64,000 bases of DNA from IMG/VR virus record IMGVR_UViG_3300032322_001781; one strand, given 5' to 3'. How positions within the stretch are numbered: the stretch's first letter is position 1; the number at the start of each line of letters is the position of its first letter. Below, in pieces: positions 1-9,786 of this stretch. The stretch is from a virus (Duplodnaviria; Heunggongvirae; Uroviricota; Caudoviricetes). The notes below the pieces were generated by a model that saw only the letters and a program-made list of their open reading frames with translations, had not been told where the DNA came from and searched no databases. A program made the position numbers and the translations under genes.

Positions 1-61
1 GATTTCAGCAAATAACAATCATCAAACTTTTACTTTGAATAGAAAACATCACTCTGTATTT

Positions 62-147
62 GGGGGAGCTGCTCAGATGGTGGATGGGCACCAGACTGTA
101 AATCTGGCACATAAGAAACGCAGGGGGTTCGAATCCCTCCTTCCCCA
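62..147 (+). tRNA. tRNA-Tyr (anticodon GTA), type II with long variable arm
   Basis: Manual cloverleaf: 7-bp acceptor gggggag/cttcccc, anticodon loop ctGTAaa, T-arm ggggg-ttcgaat-ccctc, 15-nt variable arm. Confidence 0.8.
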
Positions 148-205
148 CGTCTAGACTGTTATACTTTCATAGACGGTGAACAACCGTAGCATAGAAAGTT
201 AAAAT

Positions 206-277
206 GCCTCTGAAACATATATGGTGATGTGCTAGTCTTGTAAACTAGATAATCCGATTCGAGTTCGGACAGAGGCT
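206..277 (+). tRNA. tRNA-Thr (anticodon TGT)
   Basis: Acceptor gcctctg/cagaggc, D-stem acat/atgt, anticodon stem ctagt/actag with loop ctTGTaa, T-arm tccga-ttcgagt-tcgga. Confidence 0.85.
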
Positions 278-383
278 CAAAAGAATGAAAAGAAATCTCA
301 GAGATGGTTGACATGTGTTACGACTGAAGGCGGCACTAATAGGTTTTTTCCAACATGAAGTACAAGTGTTGGATAGTTCATAT

Positions 384-457
384 GCATCATTCGCCTAGTT
401 GGTATGGCACCACACTTCCAATGTGGAATAGGGTCGGTTCGAGACCGACATGATGCT
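384..457 (+). tRNA. tRNA-Gly (anticodon TCC)
   Basis: Acceptor gcatcat/atgatgc, anticodon stem ccaca/tgtgg with loop ctTCCaa, T-arm gtcgg-ttcgaga-ccgac. Confidence 0.85.
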
Positions 458-524
458 CTGTGGTTATGGGACTGTTTATGATTTTATCGACTTGGCATTT
501 CAAGGAACGTAAAAAATCAACAAT

Positions 525-598
525 GTCGGTGACGCATAATTGGTGGTGCACCACCTTGCCAAGGTGGAATAGAGTGGGTTCGATTCCCATTACCGACT
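525..598 (+). tRNA. tRNA-Gly (anticodon GCC)
   Basis: Acceptor gtcggtg/taccgac, D-stem gcat/gtgc, anticodon stem ccacc/ggtgg with loop ttGCCaa, T-arm gtggg-ttcgatt-cccat. Confidence 0.85.
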
Positions 599-979
599 CG
601 TAAGTCGCTGGGACCTTAACCGTGCGAAATTCAAATAAGACAGTGAAAGGTGACGGGTGCAGAGAGAGGCACATAACGGGAGGGTTGAAATGGTAGAACA
701 ATACATTTTGACTAAAAAATGTTTACAGCAAAAAACACAAAATTCAAACAAACAGTAAATTTGCGTAACGTAGGTGCGACTCCTACCCCTCCCAATCAAT
801 CAAGTTAACTCGCTTCCACGTAGCGATTGATGGAAACAGGTAAAGCTGGCTAAGAAGTTAAAAAAATTATTAATAAAAAATAAAAACTACATTATGAAAA
901 AGATGTCCTTCAAATTTAAACGAAAATCCAAACGTTAAAGGCATCTGTAGATAACCTACGGATGCTTAATATTATATAC

Positions 980-1053
980 TGGCGTGTATCCGTAAAGGCA
1001 TTCGGTCCTCCCTCTTAAGGAGATTTATGTGGGTTCAACTCCCATCACGCCAA
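980..1053 (+). tRNA. tRNA-Lys (anticodon CTT) by manual fold
   Basis: Acceptor tggcgtg/cacgcca, anticodon loop ctCTTaa, T-arm gtggg-ttcaact-cccat; starts with T and 4-bp anticodon stem, so moderate confidence. Confidence 0.6.
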
Positions 1054-1058
1054 CTAAT

Positions 1059-1146
1059 GACTCTGTTCCCGTAGTTGGCCGAACGGTCCAGCCTTTTAAG
1101 CTGATGTGTGCAAACACCACCGTGGGTTCAAATCCCACCAGGGTCA
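1059..1146 (+). tRNA. Type II tRNA (Leu/Ser/Tyr-like architecture, 17-nt variable arm hairpin gtgt-gcaa-acac); anticodon uncertain (my fold gives TTT)
   Basis: Acceptor gactctg/cagggtc, perfect T-arm gtggg-ttcaaat-cccac, long variable arm; anticodon arm ccagc-cttttaa-gctga. Confidence 0.6.
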
Positions 1147-1162
1147 CAAAATTTTATAAAAA

Positions 1163-1372
1163 ATGATAAACATAGAATCACAGCTTTTAGAGGCTTACCC
1201 TCAATTTAGGAGGATTTGGGTTCAATATTCAAATCATAGGGGTTATCATGTGTGTATAACGTTATTTCCACAAGGCCATGAGCGTTATAAAATGTTATTT
1301 GGTGAAGTTAATAAAATAACGTTTGAAGTAGTTGATTCTTTGATTAGAAAACATTTGGTTAATTCAAATTAA
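1163..1372 (+). CDS. hypothetical small protein
   Basis: ORF immediately after tRNA cluster; no recognisable motif. Confidence 0.3.
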   Translation: MINIESQLLEAYPQFRRIWVQYSNHRGYHVCITLFPQGHERYKMLFGEVNKITFEVVDSLIRKHLVNSN

Positions 1373-1389
1373 TTTAATACCTTTGTATT

Positions 1390-2106
1390 ATGATTTATAT
1401 TCAATCCGATTCTGAACGTTTAAGACCTCATCATTTTGATTGTGCTTGTGGCATGTTTGGTGCTATAGAAACAGATAATAAATATCGATTAACTTCTTTT
1501 GAAGAAGTTGTTAGTGGTAAGTTTGATAATTTAATTAGAAATAATTTATTTATTGGTTCGGTTGAATTTATGCGTGAAGTTTTTAAACGTATTGGTTTGA
1601 ATAACGTTAAGTTACCTAAAAATTCTAATAGGGAACATGAAATAATTACATTAGGTGAAGCTTTATCTCGTTCAAAATCTGGTGAAGAAATTTTCATTAA
1701 ACCTTTGGAAATTAAATTATTTACTGGTTTCGTGTTAGATAAGTCTATTTACACTTGTTTAAATGGTATACCTAATGAAACTAAAGTTATGGCGTATAAA
1801 CCATTTGAACAACCCTTAGAAACAGAATGGCGGTTTTATATTCATAATAATAAAATTGTTGATGCTAGAAATTATTCTGGTGATTTCTTTAAAATACCTT
1901 CTTCGGAATATGTGTTAAAATGCGTGGCTGAAAATAGAGAAAATTTTCCCATTGCTTATACTATAGATGTTGGAATTATGGGTAAAGAAATGGTTGTTAT
2001 AGAATATAATGATATGTGGTCTATTGGTAATTATGGGGTGGATAATATAACATATCTTAAATTATTAAAAGACAGATATTTTGAAATAGTTAGAAAAAAT
2101 TTTTAA
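1390..2106 (+). CDS. hypothetical protein, possibly ATP-grasp-like fold
   Basis: 238-aa ORF; weak resemblance to phage ATP-grasp-like proteins (IFIKP...WRFYI...VIEYNDMW). Confidence 0.4.
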   Translation: MIYIQSDSERLRPHHFDCACGMFGAIETDNKYRLTSFEEVVSGKFDNLIRNNLFIGSVEFMREVFKRIGLNNVKLPKNSNREHEIITLGEALSRSKSGEEIFIKPLEIKLFTGFVLDKSIYTCLNGIPNETKVMAYKPFEQPLETEWRFYIHNNKIVDARNYSGDFFKIPSSEYVLKCVAENRENFPIAYTIDVGIMGKEMVVIEYNDMWSIGNYGVDNITYLKLLKDRYFEIVRKNF

Positions 2107-2118
2107 AATTTTTAACCA

Positions 2119-2448
2119 ATGCAATGTACAACACTTGACAGGGTAGAAGAAAATGGAATTATGGTTATGAGACCAAAAAAACAATTTGACACATTAGATA
2201 AAGCAATTGCAGTTGCTAAGATTGAAAATGCTAAACCTGAGCATTTACATAAGGTTGTTGCTTATAAGTGTAATATTTGTTATAAGTACCATATTGGTAG
2301 AAATGGTAAACCTTTAACTGTTAAAGAGCGTAATAAGCGACAGCAAGAAATAAAACAATCTGTTGAGGTTAAAGAAGCTAAACATCAACATGCGTTGGAT
2401 AATTTAAAAGTTGTTGGTTATATTGATTTAAATAAAATAAAATATTGA
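2119..2448 (+). CDS. hypothetical protein
   Basis: ORF; Cys pair CNICYKYH; true start may be downstream Met. Confidence 0.4.
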   Translation: MQCTTLDRVEENGIMVMRPKKQFDTLDKAIAVAKIENAKPEHLHKVVAYKCNICYKYHIGRNGKPLTVKERNKRQQEIKQSVEVKEAKHQHALDNLKVVGYIDLNKIKY

Positions 2449-2451
2449 AAA

Positions 2452-2563
2452 GCTGTTATAGTTTAATTGGCTAGAACACCGCAAATCCCAGCGGAAAGAG
2501 AACCAAGTCACTTCTAGTGTGGCGTTAGGTGAAGTAATTTAGGTTCGAATCCTAATGACAGCT
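2452..2563 (+). ncRNA. tRNA-like element of atypical length (~112 nt) with canonical T-arm
   Basis: T-arm ttagg-ttcgaat-cctaa at 2539-2555 and acceptor pairing gctgtta/tgacagc, but intervening length does not fit a standard cloverleaf (possible insertion or other small RNA). Confidence 0.35.
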
Positions 2564-2579
2564 CAAAATTAATTACAAA

Positions 2580-3704
2580 ATGGAAACGAGTAATAATTTA
2601 AATATAGATAAGAAGATATTGGTAGCTCTTAGTGGTGGTATCGATTCAACCGTATCAGCCATACTTCTTAAAGAACAAGGTTTTGATGTAATTGGAGTCA
2701 CAATGAAGACTTGGGATTATACTAGTTCTGGTGTCGTTGAGTCTTCAAAGAAAACAACTGGTTGTTGCTCTTTAGATGATATAAATGATGCTAGACAAGT
2801 TTGTGTAGATTATGATATACCTCATTATATTCATGATATAAGAAATGATTTTAACGATTCAGTTGTAAATAACTTTATTGATGAATACATGGAAGGTCGA
2901 ACTCCAAACCCTTGTATTATTTGTAATACACATATTAAATGGGGTGCTTTATTACGTATTGCTGATAAATTAGATTGTAAATATATTGCAACTGGTCACT
3001 ATGCTAATATTCGTAAAGAAGATGACCGTTATATTCTATCGAGTGGTGTAGATGTAACCAAGGACCAATCTTATGTATTATGGGGTTTAACTCAAGAAGT
3101 ATTAGCTCGTACTATATTTCCAGTGGGTGGTTATGAAAAGACGCAAATAAGACAAATGGCTTTAGATAGAGGTTATGCTGATATAGCAAAGAAGAGCGAA
3201 AGTTATGAAATTTGTTTTATTCCAGATAACAATTACCGAGCTTTTTTATCAAGAAAGCGTGACATAACCAAGGGTAACTTTTTGGATACTGCTGGAAACG
3301 TTATTGGCACACATGATGGGTTTCCATTCTTTACTATAGGTCAAAGAAGAGGTCTTGGTATAACAAATTCCGAACCTTATTATGTAACAGACATCAACCC
3401 AATCACCAATGAAGTAACGTTGGGTTGTGAAGTTGACCTTATGAGACAATCAATGATTGTTTCAAATGTTAATATCATAAAGTATTCGTATGCTTTGTTG
3501 AATGGAATGGATGTTCTTGCTAATGTAAGATATCGTGGTAAGACAGTACTAGGTAATGTGACATGTTTGGGTGATAGAATGATTAGAATTGATTTTAATC
3601 ACCAAATTAGAGCAATAACTGCTGGTCAATCCAGTGTGTTTTATGACCCATCAAATCCATCCGATGTTATTGGTGGTGGGCATATTCACCAAGTAATATT
3701 ATAA
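2580..3704 (+). CDS. mnmA: tRNA-specific 2-thiouridylase MnmA
   Basis: PP-loop SGGIDSTV near N-terminus, conserved catalytic Cys region (CCS, CNT..KWG), full-length similarity to MnmA/TrmU. Confidence 0.9.
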   Translation: METSNNLNIDKKILVALSGGIDSTVSAILLKEQGFDVIGVTMKTWDYTSSGVVESSKKTTGCCSLDDINDARQVCVDYDIPHYIHDIRNDFNDSVVNNFIDEYMEGRTPNPCIICNTHIKWGALLRIADKLDCKYIATGHYANIRKEDDRYILSSGVDVTKDQSYVLWGLTQEVLARTIFPVGGYEKTQIRQMALDRGYADIAKKSESYEICFIPDNNYRAFLSRKRDITKGNFLDTAGNVIGTHDGFPFFTIGQRRGLGITNSEPYYVTDINPITNEVTLGCEVDLMRQSMIVSNVNIIKYSYALLNGMDVLANVRYRGKTVLGNVTCLGDRMIRIDFNHQIRAITAGQSSVFYDPSNPSDVIGGGHIHQVIL

Positions 3705-3729
3705 AGCCGACATATGTCGGCTTTTTTTG
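3705..3729 (+). terminator. rho-independent terminator after mnmA
   Basis: Hairpin agccgacat-atgtcggct followed by T7 run. Confidence 0.75.
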
Positions 3730-3772
3730 TTTATTTTATGTAAGTTTCAATTATATTTATTGGAAAAACATT

Positions 3773-4333
3773 ATGAATATCAAAAATAGATTAAGAATGG
3801 CGTTATTAGAAGCAAAACATAAAAACCATAAGAATGATTATGGTTGTATAATGGTTTATTTGAATGTGGACCAAGATAAATGGGATGCTATGCAAGATAT
3901 GATTGATGAAGAAGATTTATACCAACCAGAAGATGACCCAAGCTATGGCAAAGAAACTGAACCGCATGTAACAGTTTTGTTTGGATTACATAATGACATT
4001 CCAGATTCAGATATTGAAGATGAAATCAATAAAATAAAAGAACCTAAAATAAAATTTGGTGATATATCATCTTTCTCTAATCCAAAGTTTGATGTATTGA
4101 AATTTGATGTTGATAGCAAGGACATGCACCAGTTAAATAAGAAGTTTAGAGAATTTCCATATACCAGTGATTACCCAGATTACCATCCTCATTGTACAAT
4201 AGCTTATTTAAAGTCCAATATGTCCAAAAAATACATCAAAAAACTAAAAGATTTTGTTGATATTGATATGGAAACCAGCCATGTGGTATATTCTAAATCT
4301 AACGGAAAAAAAAAGTCCTATAAATTGCCCTAA
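3773..4333 (+). CDS. 2H phosphoesterase superfamily protein (LigT / 2'-5' RNA ligase-like)
   Basis: Two H-x-T/S-x motifs: EPHVTVLFG and HPHCTIAY, spaced as in LigT/CPDase. Confidence 0.65.
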   Translation: MNIKNRLRMALLEAKHKNHKNDYGCIMVYLNVDQDKWDAMQDMIDEEDLYQPEDDPSYGKETEPHVTVLFGLHNDIPDSDIEDEINKIKEPKIKFGDISSFSNPKFDVLKFDVDSKDMHQLNKKFREFPYTSDYPDYHPHCTIAYLKSNMSKKYIKKLKDFVDIDMETSHVVYSKSNGKKKSYKLP

Positions 4334-4364
4334 TTGGTAAATTTTTGATATTTATTAGTAAAAA

Positions 4365-5489
4365 ATGAAACAACTAATTAAAAAAATCTTAAACGAAAAT
4401 CTAAACATAATATATGAAATAGATTTGCAAGGAACGTTTAAAGATGTCTCCTTCAAACAATTGTCTATAGATGAAGCTAGAGAGTATCTAGAAAGAGTAA
4501 TATCTAATTGTGAGAAAAAACCAGCTGAAAGAGAAAAATTAGCAGCAAATAAACCATATATTCACGGAAAAGCTATACCTAAAAGCGAGGGTGGTGAAAT
4601 AGACATGGATGCTTTCATTCAAAAGATAACTTCTATGCCAAATGAAATTTTAAGTATAAATTCAAAAATGGCAAAATCGGCTGATGATAATTCATTTACT
4701 GTTAATATTGGTATACCAGCATTAAGAGGTTTGGTATATGATTTGGATGCTGGGGTTTTTTATATAGTCAATACTTGTCCAGGGGCTGGTGCCTGTGCTT
4801 TATTTTGTTATGCTAGGCAGGGTAGTTATGTTATGTTTCCAAATGTGTTTGTTAATCAAACCAGAATATTAAATTTGCTACTCAATTTCCCAGAAAGATT
4901 TGAAAAATTATTATTTAGGGAATTAGAATCAGTTGCTTTAAAAAATCCAAACATGTCCATAAAAATGAGATGGAACGATGCTGGTGATTTTTTCAGTGAA
5001 GAATATTTCAACATTGCTTTTAGAATTACCAAAAAATTAAAAGCGGATGGTTATAATGTAACATCATATGCTTATAGTAAAATGGCTAATGTTGCTAATT
5101 TAGAAGATGACGATTTCATTGTAAATGTATCTGGAGATATCAACGTTAAACAATCTAAACAGATAAAGGATATTGAAAGCAAAAAAACACAAGTAACGGT
5201 ACCTAAAGATTTGTTTGACGACTTATTATTAAAGGATAAAAGACAATATGCTGTAAATGAAAAGGGTAAAGTCATATTTAAGAATGGTCAAGATGGTATA
5301 GATGCCTTGAAAAAGAGAATATCTTTAAAATATGACGTACCAGTTGAAACATTATTAACTTACGATGAGATGATGAAAACACCAAAAGGTGAGAAAAATC
5401 AATACAATGTAGTTATAATGCCAAGAGGTGATGGTGACATAGCTGCACAAAGAATGGATGTTAAAACTAGTTTTTTATTAATTCACTAA
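4365..5489 (+). CDS. hypothetical protein, Cys-rich motif CPGAGACALFCYA
   Basis: 374-aa ORF, no confident family assignment. Confidence 0.5.
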   Translation: MKQLIKKILNENLNIIYEIDLQGTFKDVSFKQLSIDEAREYLERVISNCEKKPAEREKLAANKPYIHGKAIPKSEGGEIDMDAFIQKITSMPNEILSINSKMAKSADDNSFTVNIGIPALRGLVYDLDAGVFYIVNTCPGAGACALFCYARQGSYVMFPNVFVNQTRILNLLLNFPERFEKLLFRELESVALKNPNMSIKMRWNDAGDFFSEEYFNIAFRITKKLKADGYNVTSYAYSKMANVANLEDDDFIVNVSGDINVKQSKQIKDIESKKTQVTVPKDLFDDLLLKDKRQYAVNEKGKVIFKNGQDGIDALKKRISLKYDVPVETLLTYDEMMKTPKGEKNQYNVVIMPRGDGDIAAQRMDVKTSFLLIH

Positions 5490-5595
5490 TCACTTACCTT
5501 GACCTTCATATTTTTTGGTTTTAGGACTGTATTTATTTGCTATTCTTTAAAAATTATCAATAAATAGTTGTTATTTTTAAAAAAATGTAGTACCT

Positions 5596-5886
5596 TTGAC
5601 AAAAATTACCATGAAAAATTTAATTATCATAGATATAGACACCGAAAGAGAACAAATAGTTCAGATTAACAAATCAGCTGATTTCGTATTACCGACAACT
5701 CCAGATGAAGCTAAAAAGATGATAATAAATGATATATCTTGTACTCTTGAGGCTTTATGTACTTTGATAAAAATTTCAGACGCAAATCATTACGCAAATA
5801 AAAAAGAACTTATTTCAACCTGTTTTAAATATTTAAACGATGTTTTAAACGAAGATAGTAATAATTTTAAAAACGGTAATTCATGA
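5596..5886 (+). CDS. hypothetical protein
   Basis: ORF. Confidence 0.4.
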   Translation: MTKITMKNLIIIDIDTEREQIVQINKSADFVLPTTPDEAKKMIINDISCTLEALCTLIKISDANHYANKKELISTCFKYLNDVLNEDSNNFKNGNS

Positions 5887-6058
5887 ACAGATTAAGAAAA
5901 GAAATTAAAGGTGATGAGCTTTATCTTTATAATGAAAAAAATGAATTAATATTTAAACGTTGGATAAAATTGGGTTATTCAAAAGTATTTGATGTAATAC
6001 CATATGGTAAAAACGACACGTATATATCTATTACAGATGAAGGAATTAAATATAAAAG

Positions 6059-6385
6059 ATGAGTTTAGATAGGAAAAAAGTTGATAAAAAACCGATAAAT
6101 TCAATAGTACCTAAAAAAAGAGAGATTGAAACACATAAAGAGGAGAAAAAACAAAATGATATCGGCTCAAATAACGATGAGTACTCATTATTACCAAAAT
6201 TTATAAAACAAAGTGTTTCTGAAACAAAAAACAGTTTAAAATTTATTAGAATTAGTTTAGATGCTGATATGGAAGAAAGAAAAAAAATTAGCGATAAACT
6301 TTCAAAAAATGAAATAAAACTTCAGTTTTTTGGTGTTGATGGTAATAAATCTTATCATTATTATTTAGAAATTAAAAAAAATTAA
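6059..6385 (+). CDS. hypothetical protein (Lys/Glu-rich)
   Basis: ORF. Confidence 0.4.
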   Translation: MSLDRKKVDKKPINSIVPKKREIETHKEEKKQNDIGSNNDEYSLLPKFIKQSVSETKNSLKFIRISLDADMEERKKISDKLSKNEIKLQFFGVDGNKSYHYYLEIKKN

Positions 6386-6386
6386 C

Positions 6387-6818
6387 ATGATGTTAAAAGA
6401 AAAAATAAACAATGATTTCATGGAGGCTTATAAAGCTAAAAACATGGAAAAGAAAAACTTTTTGGGTGTTCTTAAAGGGGCTATTCAAACACAAGAAGGC
6501 AAGATGATAGAATCTACCGATGAAAACGTTTTAAAAGTTATAAAAGCTTTAGAAAAAGGTTTGATTGAGACGATTGAAAGTAAAAATAGAATAGGTCAAG
6601 ACCCTAGTAAAGTAGAAACTGAATTGTCATACTTACAACCATATTTACCTTCGCTTATGAGTGAAGATGAAATTCGTTATGTTGTAAAAGAATTGTTAAA
6701 TAGAGAAGGTATTAACAAAAACCTAGGGTTTCTTATGGGTATGTTTAACAAAGAACAAAGAGGAAAGTCTTTTGATAACAAAGCCGTTTCAAAAATCATA
6801 AACGAAGAACTAGGATGA
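6387..6818 (+). CDS. GatB/YqeY domain protein
   Basis: Aligns along length with YqeY: N-term LKE.IN.D...A.KAK and C-term LMG...N.....S.D.K.VSK.I.E.L. Confidence 0.65.
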   Translation: MMLKEKINNDFMEAYKAKNMEKKNFLGVLKGAIQTQEGKMIESTDENVLKVIKALEKGLIETIESKNRIGQDPSKVETELSYLQPYLPSLMSEDEIRYVVKELLNREGINKNLGFLMGMFNKEQRGKSFDNKAVSKIINEELG

Positions 6819-7183
6819 GTTTAAGCGTAATTTTTTCAATTATTTTTATCCATTGGTTTTCTGATTTTGTTCTACAAACTCACTGGCAAGCAACGAACAA
6901 AAGCAAGGATAACAAAGCCCTTACTATGCATGTATTATCATATAGTGCTGTATGGTTTTTAACAGCAAATGTATATAGTATAATAACTGGTAATTATTTG
7001 GTTTTGGCTTTATTCACACCAATTACATTTATTTGCCATTGGATTACCGATTATTTTACCAGTAGATTAAATAGTAAATTATGGGCCAAAGGCGACATTC
7101 ATAATTTCTTCGTTAGTGTTGGTTTTGACCAAGTGCTGCATTATTTACAACTTTTCTTAACGTTTTACTTTTTAACAAAATAG
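6815..7183 (+). CDS. hypothetical membrane protein
   Basis: Multiple hydrophobic segments. Confidence 0.45.
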   Translation: MSLSVIFSIIFIHWFSDFVLQTHWQATNKSKDNKALTMHVLSYSAVWFLTANVYSIITGNYLVLALFTPITFICHWITDYFTSRLNSKLWAKGDIHNFFVSVGFDQVLHYLQLFLTFYFLTK

Positions 7184-7190
7184 AGTTTAT

Positions 7191-7781
7191 ATGAATCAAG
7201 AGCAAATTCACGCAAGTTTGGATAATATGCTTGCCAATCCTAAATCTAGAAATTTTTTGAACCACCTTGTTAGGTCTTACATGCCAATTTCAAATGTTGA
7301 AAAAGTTTGGGAAACACCAGAAAAAGATTTTAAATGTGTGATAACAAAAGACCAATTATTTTCGGCTTCTGATATTTTAAAAGGTATCCAAAGTGAAGAA
7401 TTTCAAAATGATTTTATGAATCATTTGAAATCATTATTCTCTGAAGATAAGGCAGAGTCTCCAATTGCTAAATTGATTGGTGAGAAGAAAATGGGTGTTA
7501 CTGGTAAAGACACCACGACTTATATGTCTTACCCAGCTTTTCAAGAGTTCTACAATTGGGTTGTTACCAAATCGCTTAAAGGAGATAAACATATTAACTG
7601 GCTTTTAGGTTCAATTAGACGGGCTTCATTTATAGAAAGAGCTGAGAAGATTGATGATAAGACTGTTCAAAAAAAGGTTGAAAACTTTAAAAAAACAACT
7701 GGTTCATCTTCAACTTATACTTTGGGTGATGCCAGTGATGCACTTTTAAAATTAAAAAATAAATTAGAAAATAAAGAATGA
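7191..7781 (+). CDS. hypothetical protein
   Basis: ORF. Confidence 0.45.
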   Translation: MNQEQIHASLDNMLANPKSRNFLNHLVRSYMPISNVEKVWETPEKDFKCVITKDQLFSASDILKGIQSEEFQNDFMNHLKSLFSEDKAESPIAKLIGEKKMGVTGKDTTTYMSYPAFQEFYNWVVTKSLKGDKHINWLLGSIRRASFIERAEKIDDKTVQKKVENFKKTTGSSSTYTLGDASDALLKLKNKLENKE

Positions 7782-8470
7782 GATTAAATGTAGATTTTAC
7801 ACAAGAAAATCGTAAAAATTTATTTTTCACATCCGACTTTCATTTGTTTCACAAGAATGTGTTGAAATTTGATAACAGACCGTTCTCAGATGTAAATGAA
7901 ATGCACATTGAGATTGAAAAAGGGTGGAATAAGGTTGTTAAACAAAATGATATTGTAATTTACCTAGGTGATTTGAGCTTTGCTAGAAATGAAGACAAAT
8001 CAAGTGTTCAAGCTATGTTAAATAGACTTAACGGTACCATTCATTTTGTTATGGGTAACCATGATAAATTGGACGATATAAAGAAAATGACACGATTCCA
8101 ATCAGTACAGGATTATTTGGAAGTAAGGGTTAAACACGTATTGGACTATAATGAAGTAGAAACATTGTTCTGTTGTATGCATTATCCAATATATTCATGG
8201 AATAAATCACATCATGGAAGTTGGTTAGTTCATGGTCATTGCCATATGAATTTACTTAATGAAGAATCAACATGGTTTTCAGAAATGAATAGTTTTTGTG
8301 ATTTTATTCCGTCAGACCAATTAGAAAAATTTAAATTGTTAATAGCTCAAAAAAATTATTATAATAGACGTGTATTTGATGTTGGTATTATGGGTCATGA
8401 TTATAAACCAGTATCTTATTTAGATATTTTAGCTATGACCAACAGTAAAACATTATCTAAGCATCATTAA
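7778..8470 (+). CDS. calcineurin-like metallophosphoesterase
   Basis: MPP motifs DFHLFH, GDLSF, GNHD, GHCH. Confidence 0.7.
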   Translation: MRLNVDFTQENRKNLFFTSDFHLFHKNVLKFDNRPFSDVNEMHIEIEKGWNKVVKQNDIVIYLGDLSFARNEDKSSVQAMLNRLNGTIHFVMGNHDKLDDIKKMTRFQSVQDYLEVRVKHVLDYNEVETLFCCMHYPIYSWNKSHHGSWLVHGHCHMNLLNEESTWFSEMNSFCDFIPSDQLEKFKLLIAQKNYYNRRVFDVGIMGHDYKPVSYLDILAMTNSKTLSKHH

Positions 8471-8492
8471 ACTATAAAAATATCTAAATAAA

Positions 8493-9782
8493 ATGAGAAA
8501 TAAAATGAGAAATAAAAAAAATATGTTAAGAGCCGAAAAAGCTCTTAGAAGCGTCAATGAAGCTATTGCTGAAGCGGAGCAAATGGGTATACCAGAACTT
8601 ATTGAAATAGATGAGGATGAAGAGTATAATGCTCATTCAAACACGTTTGAGATAAGTTTTATCGAATTTGCTATTATAAATATGTATCTTCATAATTCAT
8701 TTAAGGGTAAATATAATGATGTAATTGTTTCATCTTATGGTCAAGTAGATAGTTCTGGACGATTATCTTTTGGTGGTGTTTTTGAAAATACTGGTTCTTA
8801 TTGGTTTAGTGGTAGATTAAAAGATGTTGATAATGATTTTATTTTTCAAACCAAAATGTATCTTGATTCTAGGAATGAACTAAACATACAATTACATATA
8901 AGTGTTAAAAAAGCAATATCTTATGAATTATTTGATAAGTTTAAAAAAACAATTATGGAAATGGCTTTTAATAACTCTGAATATAAGGGTAAGTGTATTA
9001 AAGTAAAAATGAAAGATGGTCGTTTCAGAGGTATTGAAATCATAGACATCGAACAATCTAGAAATGAACTCATATTAAATGAAGTTCAAAAGAAATTTAT
9101 TGACCATTTTGTTTTTCGTGTTGAAAGAGGTGGAAATGCCAGATATTTGTTGAATGGGGAACCAGGTACTGGAAAGACCGAAAGCATACGTGATATTGCT
9201 CGTAGGCTTATACCTAAAGTAACATTCATAATTCCAGATTTTGACACAAGCGATGACCTTACATCAATTATGGAAGCTTGTGAAATTTTTAAAAATGGTG
9301 TTATTATTATGGATGATATTGACTTGTATTTGGGTTCACGTGACAATGGAAGTTACACCAAACTTTTAGGGCAATTTTTATCATTCTTTGATGGAGTTAA
9401 AAAACGTAAAATTAGTCTTCTAGCATCAACCAATGATAAAGGGTTGGTTGACAAAGCTGCCGAGAGACCAGGTAGATTTAATTTCACTTTGGATTACAAT
9501 TTCTTGGATGTTGAACAAATCGTTAAGGTTTGTAATATTCATTTGCCAGAAAAATGGAGAATTCAAGAAGTGTATAACGCACTTACTGAAAAAATAAATG
9601 GTAAAAAAGTGAACATTACAGGTGCGTTTATAGCAAACTTGGCTGAAAACATTAGAGAAATGTCGGAAGGTGATGATAACTGGTCGGTTGAAGATACAAT
9701 TAGTTTGATTAAAGAATCTTACAAAGGCTTCTATTCTAGCCAAATTGAGAAAGAAAAACAAAATTTAGGTTTTAAACTATAA
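8493..9782 (+). CDS. AAA+ ATPase
   Basis: Walker A GEPGTGKT, Walker B IIMDDID. Confidence 0.7.
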   Translation: MRNKMRNKKNMLRAEKALRSVNEAIAEAEQMGIPELIEIDEDEEYNAHSNTFEISFIEFAIINMYLHNSFKGKYNDVIVSSYGQVDSSGRLSFGGVFENTGSYWFSGRLKDVDNDFIFQTKMYLDSRNELNIQLHISVKKAISYELFDKFKKTIMEMAFNNSEYKGKCIKVKMKDGRFRGIEIIDIEQSRNELILNEVQKKFIDHFVFRVERGGNARYLLNGEPGTGKTESIRDIARRLIPKVTFIIPDFDTSDDLTSIMEACEIFKNGVIIMDDIDLYLGSRDNGSYTKLLGQFLSFFDGVKKRKISLLASTNDKGLVDKAAERPGRFNFTLDYNFLDVEQIVKVCNIHLPEKWRIQEVYNALTEKINGKKVNITGAFIANLAENIREMSEGDDNWSVEDTISLIKESYKGFYSSQIEKEKQNLGFKL

Positions 9783-9786
9783 AAAA

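Noticed and set aside
387-799. Minus-strand ORFs 387..701 and 590..799
   Set aside because: They overlap the well-folded tRNA-Gly genes on the + strand and have no start or promoter context; artefacts of the tRNA region
600-980. Possible additional or degenerate tRNAs between tRNA-Gly(GCC) and tRNA-Lys
   Set aside because: T-arm-like fragments (gcgactcctaccc, palindrome caatcaatc..gattgatgg) exist but I could not build any cloverleaf; left unannotated
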